Source: a virus (taxonomy: Duplodnaviria > Caudoviricetes). Taken from it: 36,991 bases of DNA. How positions within the stretch are numbered: the stretch's first letter is position 1; every line of letters begins with the position of its first letter. The notes below the pieces were generated by a model that made no database searches, was not told the origin of the DNA, and saw only the letters and a list, made by a program, of their open reading frames with translations. Shown here piece after piece: positions 1 through 6,926 of the stretch. The stretch is from positions 1-36,991 of the IMG/VR virus record IMGVR_UViG_3300016263_000151; one strand, written 5' to 3'. Made by a program: the position numbers and the translations under genes.

Positions 1-34
1 TGGCCACGGCAAAAATCAATCAACATCTTGTGGG

Positions 35-760
35 TCAAAAGAGATCCCCCTGCACGCCGTGCGAGATCCAGCAGGCTGCGGAATTGTGCGCCTCGATCCG
101 GCTGGCGATTACCTGGGCGCGCAATCCGGCAGATGGTGGGCAGTACATCCCGAACCGATCGACAGAGCCCGCGTTCACGCTTGCATTGGTGCTGTCGGCG
201 CTTGCCAGAGGCAAGTGCTGGAAAACCCTAGGGTCAAGCATGCGCAGCCCGTGGAGGCGGCAGGCAGGCCGACCCTGATCATCGCAGACAGCGTCCATGG
301 CCTCGCCCATGCGGTTCCACCATGACGCCGTGCCCGGCGTTGCCCATTGCCCTGACGAACCGAGGGCTACCATGTCCCACGCATTGGCTAGGCGCTCCAG
401 CCGCTCCAGGCTCTCGTGCAGGTGCCAGACCGGCACGCCGCGGATGTGGCTTGGCCAATCGGCCAGCAAAGCGTCGTTGTCGGCCTCCGCTCCTTCGATC
501 ACGTCAGGGATCAAAGCCCAGTCAAAGCCTGGGTGCCGATGCCATTCTTCGCACCAGGCAACGTATCCTGGGACGTCGATCTGGCCGCCCTGCTTCCAGA
601 CCGTGAAGGCGCCATTGTCGAAAACGAAGGACTGGCAGACCTCTGCCACGACAGCCAGGTCGTCGCGCCTTGGGTATGGGATAAGGGCGTGGCGGCCGGC
701 CAGGAATTGAGCAGCGGCCTGCCCTCCTCCTGAAACCGGCGTCCCGTGGTAGTGGATCAT
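35..760 (-). CDS. TGT-fold DNA transglycosylase, DpdA-like (7-deazaguanine insertion)
   Basis: Motifs in TGT/DpdA order: VFDNGAF, PDVI, PVWH, ALGSSG, LHGL, SADST; ATGA overlap with the upstream QueF-like ORF. Confidence 0.75.
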   Translation of the reverse strand: MIHYHGTPVSGGGQAAAQFLAGRHALIPYPRRDDLAVVAEVCQSFVFDNGAFTVWKQGGQIDVPGYVAWCEEWHRHPGFDWALIPDVIEGAEADNDALLADWPSHIRGVPVWHLHESLERLERLANAWDMVALGSSGQWATPGTASWWNRMGEAMDAVCDDQGRPACRLHGLRMLDPRVFQHLPLASADSTNASVNAGSVDRFGMYCPPSAGLRAQVIASRIEAHNSAACWISHGVQGDLF

Positions 761-996
761 GACCTAGTGGTGATGATGGTCACGCCGTGATGTTCGGCCA
801 CCAGGGTTTGAATGCCTCCAAACGTGCGTTGCAGTTGGTCGGCGATCTCCTCGTGATAACCGCGGTCGTGCAGCGTCACCTCGTCAATGATGTCCTCCAC
901 CATGATCACTTTATCGGTCATGATGCTCAGGCTGTATTTGATCCGAGCCCCATTGTTAGGACAAAACGCAAAAAACTCGGTGCTGTAGATATTCAC
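757..996 (-). CDS. Small QueF-like (T-fold) protein
   Basis: EFFAFCPNNG resembles the QueF EFxxxCPxxG catalytic-Cys motif, GYHEE resembles the hHE substrate motif; GAGG RBS before GTG; only 79 aa. Confidence 0.55.
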   Translation of the reverse strand: MNIYSTEFFAFCPNNGARIKYSLSIMTDKVIMVEDIIDEVTLHDRGYHEEIADQLQRTFGGIQTLVAEHHGVTIITTRS

Positions 997-1017
997 GTCA
1001 TCCTCTCAAAAAAAAGA

Positions 1018-1818
1018 TCAACTCAGGCTTCTCCATGCTGCCGCTGCCACTCGCGGAACCTGTCCGTTGCCAAGGGCTTTAAGTCGGTCCACCCGAGCGG
1101 CCATCCCATCAACCACTCGACCCACGTCGGGTTCAGCAGGCCACCGCTGATGTGCCGGAGCTGCGGCGTCTGTTTTTTGTCGCCATGGTCGTATCCCTTG
1201 CCGCTCTTGTAGTCGTTGTAGCCCGGCGATGGGTACATCCTTGCCGATACCGCCTCGATCAACGTGCCTCCTTCTCGACCCTTCGTCGGTGTCACTCTTC
1301 CACCCTTTGTCCCGAAAGAACTTGTCGGCGTAGGCCACAATCCAGATCCTGTCTCGCTGATGGGGCGCTCCGCAGTCGGATGCTGAAACACAACACCATT
1401 GCGAGTCATACCCCAGCGCGGCAAGGTCACCGAGGACCATGGCAAGTCCTCGTCCCACAAGCATCGGTGAGTTTTCCACGAAGACGAATTTTGGTCGTAC
1501 CTCACAGATAATTCGTGCCATGTGTTTCCACATTCCGCTGCGCTCGCCGTCGATCCCGGCCCCTTTTCCTGCGATGCTAATGTCCTGGCACGGAAACCCG
1601 CCAGATATGACGTCAACAAGGCCTCGCCACGGTCGACCGTCAAAGGTCTGAACGTCATCCCAAACCGGGAAAGGCGGGAGAAGTCCGTCATTTTGTCTGG
1701 CGACAAGTACGCTTGCTGCGTAAGGCTCCCACTCGACAGCGCAGACGGTGCGCCATCCGAGCAGGTGTCCTCCGAGTATTCCGCCACCAGCGCCCGCGAA
1801 AAGAGCCAGCTCATTCAA
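1018..1818 (-). CDS. C5 cytosine DNA methyltransferase, alpha-like chain (motifs I-VIII and X)
   Basis: LFAGAGG (I), GGFPCQDIS (IV), FVENSP (VI), HQRDRIWI (VIII), LKALGNGQVP (X); start inferred as TTG at 1818 overlapping the upstream TGA. Confidence 0.9.
   Translation of the reverse strand: MNELALFAGAGGGILGGHLLGWRTVCAVEWEPYAASVLVARQNDGLLPPFPVWDDVQTFDGRPWRGLVDVISGGFPCQDISIAGKGAGIDGERSGMWKHMARIICEVRPKFVFVENSPMLVGRGLAMVLGDLAALGYDSQWCCVSASDCGAPHQRDRIWIVAYADKFFRDKGWKSDTDEGSRRRHVDRGGIGKDVPIAGLQRLQERQGIRPWRQKTDAAAPAHQRWPAEPDVGRVVDGMAARVDRLKALGNGQVPRVAAAAWRSLS
1023..1814 (-). CDS. Overlapping alternative-frame methyltransferase beta-like chain (TRD-like repeats plus motif IX)
   Basis: 263-codon open frame nested in the MTase; LNPTWVEWLMGWPLGWT is motif IX-like; WPTPT and YPSPGYNDYK repeats; true start may be internal. 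Confidence 0.65.
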   Translation of the reverse strand: MSWLFSRALVAEYSEDTCSDGAPSALSSGSLTQQAYLSPDKMTDFSRLSRFGMTFRPLTVDRGEALLTSYLAGFRARTLASQEKGPGSTASAAECGNTWHELSVRYDQNSSSWKTHRCLWDEDLPWSSVTLPRWGMTRNGVVFQHPTAERPISETGSGLWPTPTSSFGTKGGRVTPTKGREGGTLIEAVSARMYPSPGYNDYKSGKGYDHGDKKQTPQLRHISGGLLNPTWVEWLMGWPLGWTDLKPLATDRFREWQRQHGEA

Positions 1819-2093
1819 AATAGCCCCCGCAGCCGCACCGGGTTCACCTTCTTGCCAGTGATCTGGCAGGCCCGCGCCGGCGCCGCCTCGGCATGCTGGC
1901 TGTGCAGCAGTTCGTTGACCCGCCCGCACACGCTGGACAGCCGCAGGTCAAGAGCCTCGGACAGCTCTGCCCGGCTCCAGTCCCGGTCGGTGTGCCTGGC
2001 CAGAAACTCGACGATCTCGCGCGCCTGGTCGCCGAGCTTGCCGTTGCTGCGGTGCTCACGGTAGGCCTCAATCGAGGTGGTGGCTACGTTCAT
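1815..2093 (-). CDS. Winged-HTH DNA-binding protein
   Basis: WSRAELSEALDLRLSSVCGRVNEL helix-turn-helix pattern; ATGA-coupled start at 2093. Confidence 0.65.
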   Translation of the reverse strand: MNVATTSIEAYREHRSNGKLGDQAREIVEFLARHTDRDWSRAELSEALDLRLSSVCGRVNELLHSQHAEAAPARACQITGKKVNPVRLRGLF

Positions 2094-2176
2094 TTCGCCA
2101 CCCCGTCGAGCAAATGGGCCGCGCTGATGATGACGGCAATTACGAGGGCCGTAATCCATAAAACGAGAGCGTTCAT
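2090..2176 (-). CDS. 28-aa single-TM peptide
   Basis: MNALVLWITALVIAVIISAAHLLDGVAK; ATGA overlaps at both ends; GGAG RBS. Confidence 0.6.
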   Translation of the reverse strand: MNALVLWITALVIAVIISAAHLLDGVAK

Positions 2177-2367
2177 TTGCGCTGCTCCTTCATGTGCTGG
2201 CGCTCGTATGCCTCGACGTCTTCGGGTCGATAGAGCACGCGGGTGTTGCGGCCGCCGCCGAGCTTGACGAAGTGAGGGCCCCTGCCCTTCACCCGCCAAT
2301 TCGACAGCGTCTTGACGTCGATGCGCCAGCGATCGGCGACCTCTTTGGGTGTGAGCAGGACGGTCAT
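2173..2367 (-). CDS. Excisionase/AlpA-like HTH protein
   Basis: LLTPKEVADRWRIDVKTLSNWRVKGRGPHFVK...VLY is a typical MerR-like Xis HTH pattern. Confidence 0.8.
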   Translation of the reverse strand: MTVLLTPKEVADRWRIDVKTLSNWRVKGRGPHFVKLGGGRNTRVLYRPEDVEAYERQHMKEQRK

Positions 2368-2720
2368 GCCTTTAGCCTCCGGCCGTTGTAATCGAACTTG
2401 CGGCGATCCATTTCCATGCCGGTAAATGCAGCGCCTTCATGCCCGCACTCGTTTCCTTGGTCATCCATGTCGCCGCCACCGCCGTGGCTTTGAACGTGAA
2501 AGAACAGGTGTGTTTCGTTGCCATCGTCGTCGGGCATGTAGGGGCCGTCTTCACCTTCTTCCCATGCTGGGTTGGGCACGCGCAGGACGATCGGTTCGTC
2601 TGGATTGATGTAGTCGCCCGACGCTTTTTCGGCGGGCGTTAGGTTGTCCCACCGTTCAGTAGCGTTTTTGACGAACTGGTAAATGTTGCGCAGGGTTTGT
2701 GGTTGCCAAGAAAAGCTCAT
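2364..2720 (-). CDS. Hypothetical acidic protein
   Basis: 118 aa, ATGA overlaps with both neighbours, AGGAG RBS. Confidence 0.65.
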   Translation of the reverse strand: MSFSWQPQTLRNIYQFVKNATERWDNLTPAEKASGDYINPDEPIVLRVPNPAWEEGEDGPYMPDDDGNETHLFFHVQSHGGGGDMDDQGNECGHEGAAFTGMEMDRRKFDYNGRRLKA

Positions 2721-3130
2721 GCCGGGATCTCCTTGCGATACACGCGCTTGCTGCCCATCAGGCTGGGCATCTCGAACGCGTCATAAGCGCCAGGCCGCAT
2801 GCAGGTGCGGCGCAGCTCGTGGCCTTGGTAGCTTTGATCGTGGTGCCATCTGCCGACCTCTCTTGGGCCGGCGACCTGGGCGTCCGAGTTGCTTTCGTTG
2901 ATGGCTCTGAGACGGCGAGAGCCGGAGAGCGTGAGGTCGTATTGCTTCTCGCCGGGGTTGCCAACCAGCCGGATATATCCGGCCTCAAGCATGCGCTTGA
3001 TCGCGTTGATTGCGGTCTGATCGCTGCCGCCGCTGGTGAGCTGGTTGCGTGGCTGCGGTCCGAAATCACGCAGGCATTGCATGATCAGCCATTGCTTGGA
3101 TTTGTATTCGATGTTCATGCCGGTGGTCAT
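2717..3130 (-). CDS. Hypothetical protein, possible winged HTH
   Basis: AINAIKRMLEAGYI...YDLTLSG resembles a wHTH wing; translationally coupled. Confidence 0.6.
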   Translation of the reverse strand: MTTGMNIEYKSKQWLIMQCLRDFGPQPRNQLTSGGSDQTAINAIKRMLEAGYIRLVGNPGEKQYDLTLSGSRRLRAINESNSDAQVAGPREVGRWHHDQSYQGHELRRTCMRPGAYDAFEMPSLMGSKRVYRKEIPA

Positions 3131-3942
3131 GCTGCGCTCTCCTCGGTTTGCTGCACTTCGCCAGTCTCTGCGTCGATGATCTGGGCCTTGAGACGAGACG
3201 GCTCGCCGGGATTGTCGATGCTTGGCGCCGGCGGCAGATCGACCGTGTCCTGCTGCACAAAGGTTTCGTTGTCCGACTCAAACACGGCGTCGACGTCAGC
3301 GCTTGACGGCAGGCGCTTGGCAATGCGGCGAATGACGGTCTTGCGCGCCATCTCGTCCCACCATTGCACCCACGGGCCGCTGTCCTTTGCGCGGCTGGTC
3401 ATGCGCACCTTCTCGACCTCGGCGACGCTCATCACCTCGCGGTAGATCGCGCCGTCTTTGGTGCGGGCGATCGCATAGACCGCGATGGCTTTGCCGCGCT
3501 CTGCACCAAGGAAGGGCTTGTGCTTGATCGCTTCGTAGTCGCCGAGCTCGTATTCGAAATGGTCTTTGTCGTACACCACATTGGCGCTGATGCTGGCGAG
3601 CTCGCCGCTGTTGCGGATCTTCTTCAGGATGCCGCCGACCATCGGCATGTATTGCGTCTTCGGGCCTTCCTTTGTGCGGAAAATGACAAGCGCTGCCTCG
3701 CGGCCGTCGCACAGCAGACCATCCTGGGCGGCTTTCATGCACGAACCCAGCAGCGTGCGTCGATCGGTTTCGAGCAGATCGGGCTGCATCTGAATTGCTG
3801 TCATCGTGGTGCGGATGAATTTGTCGACCGGGATCTGAGGCGGCAGCGCGGCATGGAAATCCTGCTTCATGCGCTCCAGTGTCTGGCGCATGACGACGAT
3901 CGGCTTGACGTCTTTTTCGGTGGTGGTGACTTCAGTGCTCAT
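3127..3942 (-). CDS. recT: RecT-family single-strand annealing recombinase
   Basis: AAQDGLLCDGREAALV, WVQWWDEMARKTVIRRIAKRLP conserved RecT blocks; next to exonuclease. Confidence 0.92.
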   Translation of the reverse strand: MSTEVTTTEKDVKPIVVMRQTLERMKQDFHAALPPQIPVDKFIRTTMTAIQMQPDLLETDRRTLLGSCMKAAQDGLLCDGREAALVIFRTKEGPKTQYMPMVGGILKKIRNSGELASISANVVYDKDHFEYELGDYEAIKHKPFLGAERGKAIAVYAIARTKDGAIYREVMSVAEVEKVRMTSRAKDSGPWVQWWDEMARKTVIRRIAKRLPSSADVDAVFESDNETFVQQDTVDLPPAPSIDNPGEPSRLKAQIIDAETGEVQQTEESAA

Positions 3943-3944
3943 GT

Positions 3945-4901
3945 TTACTCCTTGGGTGTAGTGAAGGTGATTTTGAATTGACGGTATCCCTTGCGGGCGT
4001 TGACGTAGGTGCCGACCATCTCCGGCGTGACGAGCGTGCCTTTGCTGTCTTTGGTTTTTGACAGGTTGATGCTGCCGAACGATCCAACGGCGCGCTCTGC
4101 CGTGCCCACGCGCTCCAGGATCTTTGCCTTGGCGATCTCGGCGTCTGTGTCTGCTGCGGCCCTCCTATTGGTTGCGGAATGGTAATCTTCCACCAGTGCT
4201 GCGAAAGTCGCATCACTTGCGCCGTCGTAAACTTTGCCGACCTCGACGTTGCTATAGAGCTGGGCGATAAACTCGGCGTCGCGTGTGTAGTCCGGCGTTG
4301 GCGCCTCGTTCTTTTCGATGCGGTTCCAGAAGTCTGCAACGCGCTGGCGGATGACGTGGCCAACGATCGGATCGTAGCGGCGGAATGCGACCTTGGCGGT
4401 GTTGCCATTGACCATGGCCACGATGGCGCACCATTCGTATCCGCTCACGTTCATTTGGTGTTGCACCTGCAGCTCGATGTGCTCTGGCGCCTCAATGTTA
4501 CCGTTGCCGTCGTCTTTCCAGTTCTGGCGATACACCAGGCCGTCGACGTTCTTGATCTCCATGAGGCCCTTGCCGTGCTCGGGGTGGATGATCTCGAAAT
4601 CGAACGAGCTGCCCATGCGTGCGTCGGGGTCGCGCATGTAGACCTTGAGCGGCTGGATCTGCCAGCCCTGGTCCTCGGCCACGCCTTGGGCGATTGCGCT
4701 TTCCAGGCGGTTGCCCCACTTCATGCGCTCGTTGGGCTCGATCTTGACAACCTCGCCAACGAGCTTCTCGTAGAAGAGCTCGAACTCGGTTTTGTAGGGC
4801 GAGAGGTTGAAGAGCGCAGCGATGTCGGTCGATGTCACGTCTTGCGTGCGCATTTGCAGCCAGTGCTGCTCGTCGGTTGGGATGATGATCTCGGTAGTCA
4901 C
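3945..4901 (-). CDS. YqaJ-like (lambda-exonuclease family) viral recombination nuclease
   Basis: WLQMR, TSTDIAAL..SPY, MKWGNRLE, SSFD, EIKN, LQVQHQM motifs. Confidence 0.9.
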   Translation of the reverse strand: MTTEIIIPTDEQHWLQMRTQDVTSTDIAALFNLSPYKTEFELFYEKLVGEVVKIEPNERMKWGNRLESAIAQGVAEDQGWQIQPLKVYMRDPDARMGSSFDFEIIHPEHGKGLMEIKNVDGLVYRQNWKDDGNGNIEAPEHIELQVQHQMNVSGYEWCAIVAMVNGNTAKVAFRRYDPIVGHVIRQRVADFWNRIEKNEAPTPDYTRDAEFIAQLYSNVEVGKVYDGASDATFAALVEDYHSATNRRAAADTDAEIAKAKILERVGTAERAVGSFGSINLSKTKDSKGTLVTPEMVGTYVNARKGYRQFKITFTTPKE

Positions 4902-4993
4902 AGTGGTGCGTCCTCGGCGTCAGATGGGTAAATGGGGCCGCGTGGTTCGGTGTATGGCGGCAGCGGAAATTGGGGAAATGGCCAGTCAATCAC
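4898..4993 (-). CDS. 31-aa Pro-rich peptide
   Basis: (M)IDWPFPQFPLPPYTEPRGPIYPSDAEDAPL read by hand; GTGA overlaps at both ends, exactly filling the gap. Confidence 0.55.
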   Translation of the reverse strand: MIDWPFPQFPLPPYTEPRGPIYPSDAEDAPL

Positions 4994-5127
4994 GACGACC
5001 ACCAGGCAACGAGAGCGGCGGCCAGGCCAATGGCGATCAAGACGACCAGCAGGAAGTCGACGCCGGCCTCAATGCGCGCATTGCGCTTGGCGTGAGAAAC
5101 GAAGGGGTGCTGGCGGTAGTTGCTCAT
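4990..5127 (-). CDS. 45-aa single-TM protein
   Basis: MSNYRQHPFVSHAKRNARIEAGVDFLLVVLIAIGLAAALVAWWSS read by hand; ATGA-coupled. Confidence 0.6.
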   Translation of the reverse strand: MSNYRQHPFVSHAKRNARIEAGVDFLLVVLIAIGLAAALVAWWSS

Positions 5128-5435
5128 TTTGCACCCACCATGCGGTTAAGGGCGCCAAAGAACACGTTGGCATAGCCGTTGGCGCGGTCCGCGGCGTAGT
5201 CGGTGGCGTCGTCTTCTTGGCGCTTGCGCAGCAGCACGCGGCACTCGGACTCGAGCTCGGTGAGGGTGGCCTCGTTGAGCATGTTGGTGATGGCCACGCC
5301 GTTGAGCACGACATGCCAGAGCTCACGAACGTCGCTGTTGTAAAAGCAGTCGAGATGCGTATCGATCTCGCGATAGAAGATGCGGAAATGCTCATAGTCC
5401 GCGAACTCTGCCATGTAGTCCCATTGTGTATTCAT
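5124..5435 (-). CDS. Hypothetical protein, first gene of the leftward early operon
   Basis: AGGAG RBS 5 nt before ATG at 5435; downstream of the leftward promoter. Confidence 0.7.
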   Translation of the reverse strand: MNTQWDYMAEFADYEHFRIFYREIDTHLDCFYNSDVRELWHVVLNGVAITNMLNEATLTELESECRVLLRKRQEDDATDYAADRANGYANVFFGALNRMVGAK

Positions 5436-5477
5436 GCTCACTCCTGACTTTGTTGCCGCAGCGATTTGTGCTGCGGT

Positions 5478-5494
5478 GTTGCTATTCTCGCAAC
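5478..5494. promoter_or_regulatory. Operator GTTGC-N7-GCAAC over the PL -10
   Basis: GTTGCTATTCTCGCAAC; same dyad at 5785-5801. Confidence 0.65.
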
Positions 5495-5512
5495 GCCAAG
5501 AGCGCGAGTCAA
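5484..5512 (-). promoter_or_regulatory. Leftward sigma70 promoter (PL-like)
   Basis: TTGACT-N17-GAGAAT with TG extended -10. Confidence 0.7.
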
Positions 5513-5549
5513 ATAGTAGCGTGTGATTCCCTACTGTGCCGTGGGGTTA

Positions 5550-5718
5550 TTAGGCGTTGGTCTTGATCCAGAGCACCGGCGAGGCCCAGGCCAGCTCGAC
5601 GTTCTGCGATCAGAGAGACGGCAGAGCTGTCGATTCCCATGAGCTTTGCGAGCTGGCGCTGAGACATGCGACGCTCGGCCAGGCGATCAGTAAACCATTG
5701 CGTGTCGATTGATGCCAT
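5550..5718 (-). pseudogene. CI-like XRE repressor remnant with internal deletion
   Basis: N-terminal HTH start MASIDTQWFTDRLAERRMSQRQLAKLMGIDSSAVSL joined out of frame to NVELAWASPVLWIKTNA*, a repressor-like C-terminus; divergent from cro. Confidence 0.65.
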
Positions 5719-5755
5719 CACATCACATTGCACAATCCACATTGAGGCGCAACCA

Positions 5756-5784
5756 TTGCAGGGACGCTGCGATGCCGGCATAAT
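5756..5784 (+). promoter_or_regulatory. Rightward sigma70 promoter (PR-like), probably leaderless cro mRNA
   Basis: TTGCAG-N17-CATAAT; ATG 8 nt downstream with no SD. Confidence 0.65.
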
Positions 5785-5801
5785 GTTGCGAAATGCGCAA
5801 C
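5785..5801. promoter_or_regulatory. Operator GTTGC-N7-GCAAC over the PR start and cro ATG
   Basis: GTTGCGAAATGCGCAAC. Confidence 0.65.
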
Positions 5802-6014
5802 GATCTGATTCAACCTTCGGCCCTGGTAGTGCGTGCTTTTGGCGGCGTTCGCCAGACCGCGCGTCTTCTGAGTTGCGAACCATCTACTGTCTCCCGATGG
5901 AGCAAGACGGGTCGCATCCCTTCTGAGTGGCAAAAGCCAGTCCTTGTGCTGGCCTGGGAGATGAACATTGACCTGACCGCTCATGATTTAATTTTTGGGC
6001 GGGTGGCAGCGTGA
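5793..6014 (+). CDS. Cro-like HTH regulator
   Basis: FGGVRQTARLLSCEPSTVSRWSKTGRIP; position divergent from repressor remnant. Confidence 0.85.
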   Translation: MRNDLIQPSALVVRAFGGVRQTARLLSCEPSTVSRWSKTGRIPSEWQKPVLVLAWEMNIDLTAHDLIFGRVAA

Positions 6015-6379
6015 TGACATTCACATTGCCGTGGCCGCCGAGCACAAACACCTATTGGCGCCACCCGACCAGGGGCGCGCTTGCTGGCCGGCATTTGATC
6101 AGCGAAGCGGGCCGACAGTATCGAGCAACGGTTCAGCAACAATTAGTTACAACTTTTAACAAACCGATAACTGGACGCCTTGGAATCGAAATTAAAGCAT
6201 CGCCACCGGACAATCGTCGGCGCGATCTCGATAACATCCTCAAAGCGCTTCTGGACTCAATAACTCACGCTGGCGTCATTGAGGATGACAGCCAGTTCGA
6301 CGCGATCGCCATCGCCCGCCTGCCCTCGGAAAAGCCGGGCCGCGTCGACGTCACAATTTTTCAACTGGAGAACTTATGA
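6011..6379 (+). CDS. rusA: RusA Holliday junction resolvase
   Basis: LPWPPSTNTYWR, PPDNRRRDLDNILKALLD, EDDSQ. Confidence 0.93.
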   Translation: MMTFTLPWPPSTNTYWRHPTRGALAGRHLISEAGRQYRATVQQQLVTTFNKPITGRLGIEIKASPPDNRRRDLDNILKALLDSITHAGVIEDDSQFDAIAIARLPSEKPGRVDVTIFQLENL

Positions 6380-6768
6380 ACCTTGGAATTTTCACCGGCC
6401 GCCTGGGCCGCGACGCAGAACTCAACCACATGCCCAGTGGCGACCCCGTGCTGAATTTCAGAATGGCGGTCGATGTGGGCACCCGCGAAAAACCCAACAC
6501 CATGTGGGTTGAATGCGCCCTCTACGGCCAGCGCACCCACAAGATGCAGCAGCACCTGACCACAGGCATCAAGGTAACCGTGAGCGGACGCATCACCATG
6601 GAAACCTTTGCCACCAAAGACGGCGCCCAGAAAAGTGCCCTGCGCCTCACCGTTGGAGAGATCGACATATCGTTCCCGCCCAAGGGTGATGGCCAGCAAA
6701 CGCAACAAACGCAACGAACATCTAATGCAGGACATGCTGACGACATGGACGATCCGATCCCGTTCTGA
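6376..6768 (+). CDS. ssb: Single-stranded DNA-binding protein
   Basis: GRLGRDAEL OB-fold start and acidic DDMDDPIPF tail. Confidence 0.93.
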   Translation: MNLGIFTGRLGRDAELNHMPSGDPVLNFRMAVDVGTREKPNTMWVECALYGQRTHKMQQHLTTGIKVTVSGRITMETFATKDGAQKSALRLTVGEIDISFPPKGDGQQTQQTQRTSNAGHADDMDDPIPF

Positions 6769-6832
6769 CGTGTAAGCAAGATGTAAGGAAAGATCTCACA
6801 ATGGAGCCTATACGCTTGGCGGCGTTCTCAGT

Positions 6833-6915
6833 AGGGTTTCACATGCAGTCTGCCGGAACTGAGCCGGTCCGCCAACTCCCGCAAGGGTGAGACTGCAGGT
6901 GAAGCCCTTTTTTTT
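6833..6915 (+). ncRNA. Putative C4/CI-like antisense RNA or structured attenuator
   Basis: Long closing stem (6833-6851 with 6890-6908), inner hairpins GCCGG/CCGGT and CCC-GCAA-GGG, then T8. Confidence 0.55.
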
Positions 6916-6926
6916 AAGGGATCGAT

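Noticed and set aside
1-26. Possible start of another minus-strand gene (ATG at 26) such as an integrase
   Set aside because: Only 8 codons visible; cannot be supported
1819-1929. N-terminal extension of the 303-aa methyltransferase ORF
   Set aside because: Overlaps the HTH gene; motif I begins right after the TTG at 1818
5719-5883. N-terminal extension of the 124-aa ORF 5509-5883
   Set aside because: Runs antisense through cro and the PR promoter; the HTH begins at ATG 5718
6833-6915. tRNA gene
   Set aside because: No D-loop or T-loop consensus and no anticodon arm; only a three-way junction
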